This document shows positions 11,715 through 22,399 of a stretch of 64,000 nt of DNA, piece by piece; the stretch's first letter is position 1; each line of letters begins with the position of its first letter. The DNA lies in assembly GCA_043228905.1 (NCBI GenBank), contig JBHGNT010000013.1, forward strand, positions 16,430,001-16,494,000, read 5' to 3'. The notes under the pieces were generated by a model, which did no database searches, was not told the DNA's origin, and saw nothing but the letters and a program-made list of their open reading frames with translations. The position numbers and the translations under genes were made by a program. Source of the DNA: Azolla caroliniana. Its lineage: Eukaryota; Plantae; Polypodiophyta.

Positions 11715-13335
11715 TGTAGAGAAATGCGTGGAATATCGCTTGCCACAACCGAGTAGTAAATCACTTCTTTGAGAATCAAACACAGAAATGGGAAGTGGAG
11801 AGTACACAAGAAAATGACATAGGATGTTTACGTGGAAAACCCTTATAGGGAAAAACCACAGGAGCCCACAGACTCCGAACTATCACTATGAAGAGAAGGG
11901 GTACAATTAGAGACTCGGAGTCAACGACCTCGAGCTCTGTTTCTTCGCACAGTGGCGGTTACAACAGAGTGTCGCTCTGTATCTCTCTCTCTCTCTCTCC
12001 CTCTCTCCCTCTCTCTCTGTACAACAGTTACAACAATATGACAACAACACAATCACACACCTCCTAAAGTGATTGCCCTAGTTATATGAACTTAGGGCTA
12101 TTTACAGATATAGCCTCAATGGGCTTATTCAAGACATATACGTGGAAAACCCTAATAGGGAAAAACCACAGGAGCCCACAGACTCCGAACTATCACTATG
12201 AAGAGAAGGTGTACAATTAGAGACTCGGAGACAACGACCTCGAGCTCTGTTTCTTCGCACAGTGGCGGTTACAACAGAGTGTCGCTCTGTATCTCTCTCT
12301 CTCTCTCTCCCTCTCTCCCTTTCTCTCTGTACAACAATTACAACAATATGACAACAACACAATCACACACCTCCTAAAGTGATTGCCCTAGTTATATGAA
12401 CTTAGGGCTATTTACAAATATAGCCTCAATGGGCTTATTCAAGACATATTTACAAATCTGTCTTCTCTTCTGGTTCTCACCGGGTCCACTGATCCAGTTT
12501 CCGGATCTCTCTTCTGGTTCTCACCGGTTCCTCTTTATTCATCATCGGATCCCATCCGGAGAGACCGATTTCCCAACAATCTACCCCTTCACTCCGGTAT
12601 GGGATGTCTTGTAAGTCTGATCCGGTTCCGGCATGCGTCTAGCTTGTCGGGTGTCAGCACCTTGGTTAGCATATCCGACCCGTTCTCCTCCGTGTGGATC
12701 TTCGTCAGTACAAACTCTCGATCTTCAACTCGCTCCTGGACCCAGTGGTACCTGCGTTGGATGTGCTTTGTTCTAGAATGGTATGCCGCATTCTTTGCAA
12801 GGTGGATGGCACTTTGCAGTAGAGCCGATATTCCTCTTGCCGGATCCCTAGCTCTTCGATGAAGTCCTTCATCCATAATAATTCCTTGTCGGCTTCCACG
12901 ACTGCCATGTACCCCGCCTTCATGGTTGACAACGCAACCATCTTCTGCAGCCTCGACTGCCACGATATGGCTCCCCCTGCATAGGTCATGACATATCCGG
13001 AAGTTGACCGGTTGGTGTCCACATCAACCGACATATCCGAATCGGTAAAGCCTTCCATGAGGGGTTTACCGGAGCCGAATCGGAGGCACATACTCGAAGT
13101 GCCCTTCAAGTACCGAAATATCCATTTTACCACATTCCAGTGCTCTTTTCCGGGGTTGGTCATGAACCGACTCACCACTCCAACTGCGTATCCAATATTC
13201 GGTCCAGTACACACCATTGCGTACATCAAGCTCCCGACCGCAGAGGCATATGGAATCTTCATCATATCCGCCTTCTTTGCCTTTGTCTTTGGGCTTTGCT
13301 TACCGGATAATCTGCAGTTTGCTGGGAGTATCGAT
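11715..13335 (-). mobile_element. Ty1/copia (Tnt1/Tork-like) 3' fragment: RT end, RNase H, PPT, 3' LTR 11715-12578
   Basis: PYASAVGSLMYAMVCT, GFTDSD, HSRTKHI, SDMLTK. LTR has TG..CA ends and an internal 310-bp tandem duplication (11829-12448). Confidence 0.9.
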
Positions 13336-13898
13336 CCGACCGGTTTCGCTTCTGACCGGTTTCGCGTGCGTGTAGAATAACATAGGGAGTAGATGGGAAG
13401 ACGGGTATGAGCAAAGTGGAAGAGATTAACATAGAAGAGAAAGTAGAAAGAGACAAGATTCAAGAAGTTGTGTATATTATGGGCATGAAAGCCTCGATGT
13501 GATTACAACCGCGGCTGCGTGGGCCGGACTCAAAACATAAGTAGAATGTATACCCTAATCGGATAAGTAAAGAAAGAAATGAAGAAACCCTAAACCGGAT
13601 AGAAACCCTCGACCTAAGTGGTATACCTCTTCTCACTCAAAATAGGCAACCCCTTCAATGGTGCCCCTTCCTCTCCTTTTGTAGCATAAGGAGATGAAGC
13701 CGTTACAAAAGAGAGAGACTAAATATCCCCTTCATTCTCGGAGGAGGGATTGATGAGGCCTTAACTCCCACTCCTCACACATACTACTATGCCCCTTACT
13801 CACCTCGTACTCCTATGTACCCCTCTCTTTCTCATGTGGATGTGCACATAAGTGCACATCACATTTACATTTTAGGAATCTTGTGGTGCATTTCTTAC
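13336..13898 (-). mobile_element. LTR fragment related to the LTRs of element B
   Basis: Shares accctcgacctaagtggtatacctct..ctcactcaaaataggcaaccc with 18975-19020 and 26971-27018. Confidence 0.7.
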
Positions 13899-16800
13899 TG
13901 TAAAGAATCAAGAGATGGATTCTTGTGAAGCGGAATAGGTGTGAACTGTGTATGTGTGTGAGATAGAGAGAGACAGAGACAGAGACAGAGTATACGCAAG
14001 GTTAAAAGTATATTAACAAAGGAGAAAGACTCAACATTATACAAGGTGGGAGGAGGGTGCTTTATGTAGTCACCCTCTCTCTTCATTAACTACAAGCCTC
14101 ATGGAGCATGGGGAATGTGAAAGCTCATAAGTTATGTGTCATAGAATATGATTCTATGACTCATACTAAATGCTAGAATACAAAGTGGTGACATAATGGT
14201 GACTCTTGACCGTTGAGGTGTCTCTTCACTCTCAAGGTGAGTTCACACACTAGACCAAGTTAAGCTTGATTCTCAACACGCCCCCTCAAGCTCAAGTCGG
14301 GCTGGTTTTTTACGGTATCCGAAATCTGCTTCAATTCATGTTCGGGAGTCCGCGTCGACTCGTGTCGACTCGCTTTATGCGGAGTTGCGGAATCCGTGCT
14401 CTAGCTTGCGTTGTGCGTAGTTGCGAAGTCTGTGCTTCGGCTTGCGTCTTTCTTCACGGCTTTGCGCGGTAGATCGGTTCTTCGCTGCTACGGTGTGTGG
14501 TTGCGGAATCTATGCGTTATTGCATAGTGTCTTCAGTACTCCCCCTCAAGCTTGGCAGATCAGGGATCGTCAATCCGAGATCGGTCATGAATTGCCATAG
14601 CTTGTCGACTCCTAAGGCTTTAGTGAAGATGTCAGCCATTTGAAGATTGGTGCTAATGTGTTGTAGGTCGACATCGCCAGCTACAACGCGCTCTCGGATG
14701 AAGTGATAGTGCACTTCGATGTGCTTTGTCCGCGTGTGGAACACCGGGTTCCGAGCCAGATAAATACTACTTATGTTGTCACAGTAAAGGGGAGTCGGAT
14801 CCTTGATGGGAATGCCGAAATCCTTCAAAATCCTCTTAAGCCATACGGCTTCACATGCAGCTACGGCTGTGCCCCTATATTCTACCTCCGTACTCGAAAG
14901 AGTGATGGTAGGTTGCTTCTTGCTACTCCAGGATATTGCTCCGCTGCTGAGGGAGAAAACAAATCCGGAGGTTGATCTTCTATCAGCTTTGTAGCCAGCC
15001 CAATCGCGGTCTTGTAGAGGATGTCGCAATCCATTGTGCCGCTCACGTACCGTAGAACTCGCTTAGCGCAATCCAAGTGAGTACCACGCGGTGTTTGCAT
15101 AAATTGGCTAAGGAGACCGACCGGATATTTGAGATCAGGTTGTGTGATCGTGAGGTAGATGAGACTCCCGATGAGTTGCCAATACTGAGTCGGCTCACAC
15201 GCTTTGGTGCCGGAGTTCGCATCTAGTTTGAGGTTGCGATCGAGCGGGGTTGCCGTAGATTTGCACTCAGCCATCCCGAACTTATATAGTAAGTTGAGGA
15301 TGTAGTGCCGTTGAGAGATCATGATTCCGACCGGAGTCCGAATTACCTCGATGCCGAGGAAGTAATGGAGCTCCTTCATGTCCGTCATCTCGAACTTGTC
15401 GGAAAGGAGGGATTTGACCTTATTGATTTCGACGAGATGCTCACCTCCAATGACTAGGTCATCCACATATAAAATGATGACGATCGGACTTGCGGAATTG
15501 CTTCGTATGTAGAGGGAGTTGTCCGATTTTGACATACGGAAGCCAATTTGATGAAGATATTGCGTTATCTTTGAATGCCAAGCACGCGGTGCTTGCTTGA
15601 GGCCGTAGAGAGGCTTCTTGAGTCGGCAAACAACTTTCGGATGGGTGCTTGAGTTGAAACCAGGTGGTTGTATCATGTACACCTCCTCTTCTAATTCGCC
15701 TTGTAGAAAGGCGTTCTTGACGTCCATTTGATGGAGGTGCCACCCTTTCGCCGCAGCAAGTGCAATTATGGTCTGCACCGTTGTCATCTTTACCACCAGG
15801 GCAAAGGTCTCTTCGTAGTCGATGCCATGCGTCTAAGTGTATCCTTTCACTACGAGTCGAGCTTTGTAGCAGTTTACGGAGCCATCGACGTTATACTTCA
15901 CCTTGTAGATCCATCTGCATCCGATCGCCTTTTTGTGTGGTGAGGTGGGAACGAGATCCCATGTCTCGTTCTTCCGTAGTGCCTGCATCTCTTCGTTCAT
16001 TGCTTCGATCCATCGCAGGTCCTTCGCGGCTTCCGAAAAGGTTTCCAGCTCCCGTACTGTCACTACCTTCATCATAAAGGCGTAATGGTACACCATATAA
16101 TTGTTGTAGGCGAATCGGCTTACAGGGTTCTTTTCACGAGTGGATTGGTGGAGTTTTTCATTTGCAGAGATGAGGGCTTTCTTAGCTCCGATTGGTACAT
16201 CGAAGCCGCCGAACTCACTATCGAGTGAGTGAGTCAATTCATTGTCGTCGAAGCGGTCGTCTTCATATTCCGCCATTTTTGCTTTGCCTTTGTCCATCTT
16301 CGGGCTAGGCCGTGATGTGCTTTGATCGCTCAAAGGCTCTTGTGGTCCGCTCAGTCGGGTCGTGATCGGACTTTCTTCGATCATGCGAGTAGGGTGATCT
16401 TCATCCTCGATCTCTTGTTCGGCAGATTCCGGGACAAGCGGAGTCAGAGTTGGAGTTGTCCTTGGTGCGTACCAGGATGCGGACTCGTCAAAAACGACGT
16501 CTCGCCTAACTCGAGATTTTCGAGTTGTGGGGTTATAGCACTTGTACCCCTTTTGCTCCAATGAGTATCCTACGAGGATACATTTCTCCGACTTCGGGTC
16601 ATGCCTTTGACGCTTCTTGTCGGGGATGTGCACGTACGCTATCGCGTCGAATATCCAAATGTGCAATAGGTCCGGCTTCTTTCCAAAGTATTTTTCGTGC
16701 GGAGTGACCTTGTGCACACCGGATGTTGTGCACCGGTTCATTAGGTAGACGGCCGTATTTGTAGCTTCAGCCCAATATGACTTGGGCATATGCTTCTCGT

Positions 16801-18943
16801 TCATCATGGCCCGTGCTACTTCGAGGATGTGCCGATTTTTGCGCTCGGCTACTCCGTTTTGTTGCGGAGTGTGTCAACAAGTGAATTCTCGCCGAATTCC
16901 TTCCTTTCGGAGATATGCCGTGAAATCATCCGAGAAGTACTCCTTGCCGCCATCCGATCGAAGGCATCATACATGTCGGCCCGTGGCTTTCTCGACTTCA
17001 TTCTTGAACTTTTGGAAGTGTCCGAACACTTCGCTCTTTTGCCGCATCGGATAGATCCAAGTGTGCCTAGAGAAGTCGTCGATGAAGAGCACGTAATATC
17101 GGCATCCGCCGAATGTCGTTGTTTGAGCCGGACCCCATACATCGGAATGAATTACGTCGAGTACGCCTTTGCTCACATTCCGCTCCTTCGGAAATGGGTG
17201 TCGGTGTTGCTTGCCGAATTGGCATGCTTCGAAATACACCTTCAATCTCCTTCTCTTTGAATGTTGGGAGTCCGATGACGACTCCTTTCGATTTCATTGC
17301 TTTGAGTTTGTTGAGATTGATGTGGCCGATTCGCTTATGCCATAGCTCTATGTCTGAGTCGGCTTTCGTGCTTTTCGCGAACTTGGCGGATTTCATCTCG
17401 TGCGAATCGAGAATGAACATCCGGCCCTCTCTTCTTCCGTGTGCGATGATTCAGCCTTCTTTTTCGATGAAGCACCCTTCTTGGTCGAATCGTACTTGCA
17501 TCCCTTGCTCAACCATTTGGCCGACCGAGACCAAATTCTTTGTGATGGTGGATACATGCAAGACATTTTTAATGTATGTTTGCTTACCTCTTTCGCCGAA
17601 CGGAACATTGCCGATGTGCCGAATCGGGTGTGTAGTGTCATCTCCGGTTTCGACATAACCGGGTCACTCCGGCTCTCGAAGTTCGAGAAACCATTCTTTG
17701 TGGGATGTCATATGGTTTGAGGCTCCGAAGTCAACAAACCATACGTCCTCCGAATTGAGGGCACTAGTTGAGGTAGAGGCCGACATAGACTTTGATCTAT
17801 GTTTCATCATGAACATTCCGCCGCGGTCGGAGTTGTATGCGTACATTCCGCCACGATCCTCGTAGTCGGAGTTGTGCCCGTACATTCCGCTATACTCTTC
17901 GTAGTCGGAATTGTGCGCGTAATTTGTGAGTTGTCAGCTTGTGGAAGCCGATTCACGCATCTTCTTTCGGCACTCTTCTTTGTGGTGGCCAAGCTTTCCG
18001 CAATATCTGAATTCGGTTGCATTTTGATGGTTCGGGCCGGAGTGGAAGCTCCCCCTTCTTGCGAAGGTTCCTTGTTGGCCTCCGTTTTGCAGCCAAAATT
18101 GGGAGTTGTTGTCGTAGGTCGGACCTCGTCCGTCTTGTCCTTGGCCGAGTCGGCCTCTCACTCGTCCGCGTCCTCTTCCTCCATTAGAGTGCGTGTAGAG
18201 CATGTGGCCTTCCGACTCATTGCTCCTTGTACGCACATGGTTTTCTTCGACCAAGCATTGATTGGAGCTCGAAGGAGGGAGATTTCTCCCGTGCTAGAAC
18301 GGTGGTTCGCATCGCGCCGAACCGTGGTGCGAGGCCGCCGAGGCATATTTGCACCATCTCATCATCATCTATAGTTACGCTTATTGAGCCGAGCGAGTTG
18401 CAAAGCTCCTTGATCTTCAAGGTGTATATCATGATGTACATGTCCCTTTGTTGAATGTTGTTCAACTCTTGGCGGAGTTGAAGCTTCCTCGCGGTCGTGT
18501 TGGTGGCGAAAATCTTTCGTAGATTTTCCCACGCTTCCTTGGGCGTCTTGGCTTCTCGAATGTAACCGAGCATGTGATCGTGAACACATGTCGCCAAGCA
18601 ATACATCACGCGGCTTGCGGCTTGCTCAAGCAATACATCAAGGAGTAATACACAAAGAATACGCAAGGTAAAGTATATTAGCAACGGAGAAAGACTCAAC
18701 ATTATACAAGGTGGGAGGAGGGTGCTTAATGTAGTCACCCTCTCTCTTCATTAACTACAAGCCTCATGGAGCATGGGGAATGTGAAAGCTCATAAGTTAT
18801 GTGTCATAGAATATGATTCTATGACTCATATTAAATGCTAGAATACAAAGTGGTGACATAATGGTGACTCTTGACCGTTGAGGAGTCTCTTCACTCTCAA
18901 GGTGAGTTCACACACTAGACCAAGTTGAGCTTGATTCTCAACA
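13899..18943 (-). mobile_element. Near full-length decayed Ty1/copia (gag, zinc knuckle, PR, INT, RT, RH); 3' LTR 13899-14278, truncated 5' LTR ~18650-18943
   Basis: YCGKLGHHKEEC, WFVDFGASNHMT, WHKRIGH, HSDVWGP, QMDVKNAFLQG, YVDDL, RTKHIEVHYHF. LTR pair present; PBS and gag start deleted. Confidence 0.95.
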
Positions 18944-20731
18944 GAAGAAAACCCAAGAAGAAAACCCAAGAAGAAACCCTAAAACCGAATAAGAACCCTC
19001 AACCTAAGTGGTATACCTCTCTCACTCAAAATAGGCAACCCTTTACAAGAGACCCCTCCCTTCCTTGTATAGACCAAGGAGGGGAGGGCGTTACATTGTG
19101 GGAGAAATACTCCCCCTTTATTCTATACATAGTTTCCTACTTTACACGTGCACATGTTGCACACCACCGACTTGCCCGTTCCACCCCGGTTTCACACTAT
19201 AGCCGAAAATCTTCACGACATCCACCCCCACCAAACCGCACATCCACCGGTATATATACCAAGAAAGGAAAAGGGTGAGATTTCGGCGATGGTGATCAAC
19301 CGGGTCCTCCGCCTTACCGGCACCCAACCGTCTCGTCGGCTCCTTACCGGCCCCGACCCGTCGACTTCCGGACTGCGCCTGTCCTCCTTCCGGGAACTCA
19401 CCTCCGCAACCATCCTTGTTGACCCTACTCGACCTCGTCTTCCACTTCAAGCATGCCCGTCCCTTCCACACAAACCGACGTAGCCTCCCAATTCATCGTA
19501 GGTCCCCGAACCGACGGCTCCATCCGATTCGCCATATCCGACATTTGCGCCTTCCTCCCCAATCGGTCCTCTCGGACCCCGTTGCCGATCCGATCACCCC
19601 TCCTTTGTCCGCCGTGTATGTCCTCTGATCGGGTCCCCGGTCACTCCGATCGCACGCCGGATTTCGCATACCGCGTACCATCTCCTCCTCCAGAAAAATA
19701 CCTCGTGCCGACTCCTTCCATCCCGCGCTCGCCTTCCGTAGGCTCTTCCCATGTGCCGTTGTCGTCCCCCGAATGTGCCCTCGTTCTTCGGTCCTTAGGC
19801 GACCCCATTACGCGCTCCTCGCTTCCCCCTTGCTTGTCGTGCTCCCTCGTCGTAGAGCATATGATCATACCAACCTTCGTGTCGGTGTCCTTCGCGGCTC
19901 TTGTTACCGCTTCGCCTCGACTTGCGCCCTCTTGGCCTCGCATGGTCCGAGATGTCACGCTTTCTCTTCCTAGCGTGTACCCCTTTGTTCTCCGCGCACC
20001 ATCCTTCTCTCCTGCCCTTCATCCGCCGATCACGGCACCTTACCGCTCTGTCTCTCGCCGCGTGCTTGCCTCTCAAAGGCTCGACCGGTCCGCCGTTGCC
20101 GGTCACTCGTTGCCGCTCTTCCGGGTGCATGCTTGTTTCTTGGCCCTTCGCCGGCCATAGTGCATGCTCCGTTTTACACCCTTCACTCTCCGTAGACCCA
20201 ACCTCCGCGTCGGCCTCTTCTCCCTTTGCTGTCGTAGTTCGTTCCGACTCGGGCTTGCCGTCTTGGCCCCACTCGTCCATTATTTTATACCAGATACCCG
20301 CTCTGGTAACCTCGTCCGCTCCGATAACCGACTCCTTGCCGCCACCCGCCGTCTCTCCGGTCTTATGTTGATCCACAACCGCCAAAGTCTCTAGAATAGG
20401 TGTGGAGGGTCCCGCCCGTTTCCGTCCTTTCACGGAACCGTAGTCGTCATGCCTGCTTGGCCTCCTTCTCGCGCTCACCGGCTCCCACCATGTGTTGCGA
20501 CTCATCCTCCCCGATCTCCAATCATTCCGGCTTGGTACTTGCCCGGTTCGGTCCCGACCGATCATGTTCCGGTTTGGTCGACTTCCTTCCATAATCGTAA
20601 CCAACCGGTAAAGGTTCGGCCGAACACTTCCGATCTTGCCGGCTCTTCTTCAGTTCGGGCCTGGTTGACTGGCCCCCGCTTCACTCTTTTCCCGGTTCGC
20701 CTTCCGGTCGGGTCGGTTCCCGACCCTGTCA

Positions 20732-20803
20732 TGATATGGCAAGACTCGAACCCATGACCTTAGGTTATATGGGTCGAGCTCTTGACCATTAGATCATCTA
20801 TTG
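20732..20803 (-). promoter_or_regulatory. tRNA-like A/B-box sequence at the U3 terminus of the chromovirus LTR, antisense (second copy 25979-26050)
   Basis: Minus strand: TGATCTAATGG-TCAAGAGC-17 nt-AGGTC-ATGGGTTCGAGTC, i.e. tRNA spacing. Confidence 0.6.
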
Positions 20804-21166
20804 TAATACGTAGGATATTATTTTCATTTACATTTTATTATAGGAAATTAGTGTATATTCCAGATTTCTCTGGAACATTCTAGAAGCTTCAGGATTACTC
20901 CTGAAAACACTATAAAAGAGGGCACTAGGCATTATGTTGAACCAAATTGGTTCAACGCCAGTCTTAAGCCTTTTAGCCACCATTGTATATTCTCTTCATA
21001 TAATACATATCTTTCTTATCATCACTCTCTCTCTCTCTCAATCTCTCTCTCTCTCTCTCTCTCTCGCTCACTTCTTCCTTCTCTCGAAGAAGTTCCACAC
21101 CTCTCATAGTACTAATCCTTCGTTTAGTAATAATTCCTTCTCTATCTCAGTATTGTTCATGACAGT

Positions 21167-21178
21167 TTGAACCAATTT
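21167..21178 (+). promoter_or_regulatory. Self-priming PBS
   Basis: TTGAACCAATTT is the exact reverse complement of AAATTGGTTCAA (20944-20955), 33 nt after TATAAAA (20911). No TGG tRNA-type PBS. Confidence 0.8.
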
Positions 21179-21238
21179 TCCCTACCTTCTGTCTCTCTCA
21201 TTTCCTACTAATCTTTTATTCCTCTTTTCTTTCATCCC

Positions 21239-22399
21239 ATGGCCACTGTTAGCGCTGAAGAATATCAATCTGTTTTCTCGGAATTTCAATGCTTGAAGGA
21301 GAAGTTCCATGCTTTGGAACAAGAAAACCAACGGTTGCTGGGGGATCTTCAGCAAATCTCCTTAGAAAAGCAGCAAACGCAACAACAACATGGGGAACTT
21401 GCGTTACGCGTGCAACAACTCAAAGCAACCATCGTAGCGATGCAACAACAAGGGCCCGGAACACAAGGGATTCATAAAGAACCCAAGATTGGCCTTCCCA
21501 CGAAGTTCGATGGAACGCGATCGCAGTTTAGAGGGTTCCTTAACCAGGTACGATTAGTTATTCAAATGCATGCTTCCCGATATCCCACCGATGCATCACG
21601 AGTGGGTTTAGTAGGCACTTTGTTAAGTGGCTCAGCGTTGTCATGGTTCGCTCCACTATTAGAAAAGGAATCTCCGTTACTCAACAATTTTGAAGAGTTT
21701 CTAGGTGAGTTTAAAGCATGTTTCGGAGATACTGACAGCATCAGGACCGCAATCAACAAAATCCGGCGATTACGCCAAGGTGACCGTCCAGCCTCCGCAT
21801 ACGCTGCAGATTTTCGCCTACTCGCCGCCAATATCCCTTGGGATGATCAAGCGTTGATGGAGCAATTCCGTTATGGTTTACGCAACGACGTCAAGGATTT
21901 ACTATTGACCTTCCCCGAAGAGCCAAAGTCCTTAACAGAAGCAATCAGTCGCGCGGTGAGATGTGACAACCGCCTCTTTGAGCGACGTTCGGAACGACAG
22001 CTACAGATGCCGAGGGCAAGATCAGAGCCCACCTACGCCTCAGTGGTAGCAAGACCTTTTCCGAGGGAGTCATATAATGCGCCTACAGCGAATACTCCGA
22101 CTCCAATGGAGATTGACACTACACGTCGTCGAGGGCCATTATCCGAAGAAGAAAAGCAGTGATGCCATACAAATCGACTATGTCTTTACTGCGGTGGACC
22201 AGGACATATCGCAATAAATTGCCCCCATAGGCCAAGAAGACAGGTAAACCAAATAGTCACTAGTTCTAATTGTACTAAATCCGAGCCTATTTCAATAGGG
22301 ATATCTGATAGTCCTAATAGTACTAATAGTACTAATATCCCAGATCTAGCAAACAAATTTGATGTCCTTAGTCAGTTAGAAGAAGAATTAAACGACTAA
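21239..22399 (+). pseudogene. Chromovirus gag with one premature stop (22160) before the CCHC knuckle
   Basis: KFDGTRSQFRGFL, LRQG, PTPMEID, CLYCGGPGHIAINC. Confidence 0.9.

Noticed and set aside
19453-20757. Plus-strand ORFs as host genes
   Set aside because: GC-rich retroelement interior with ORFs in many frames and no recognisable domain.
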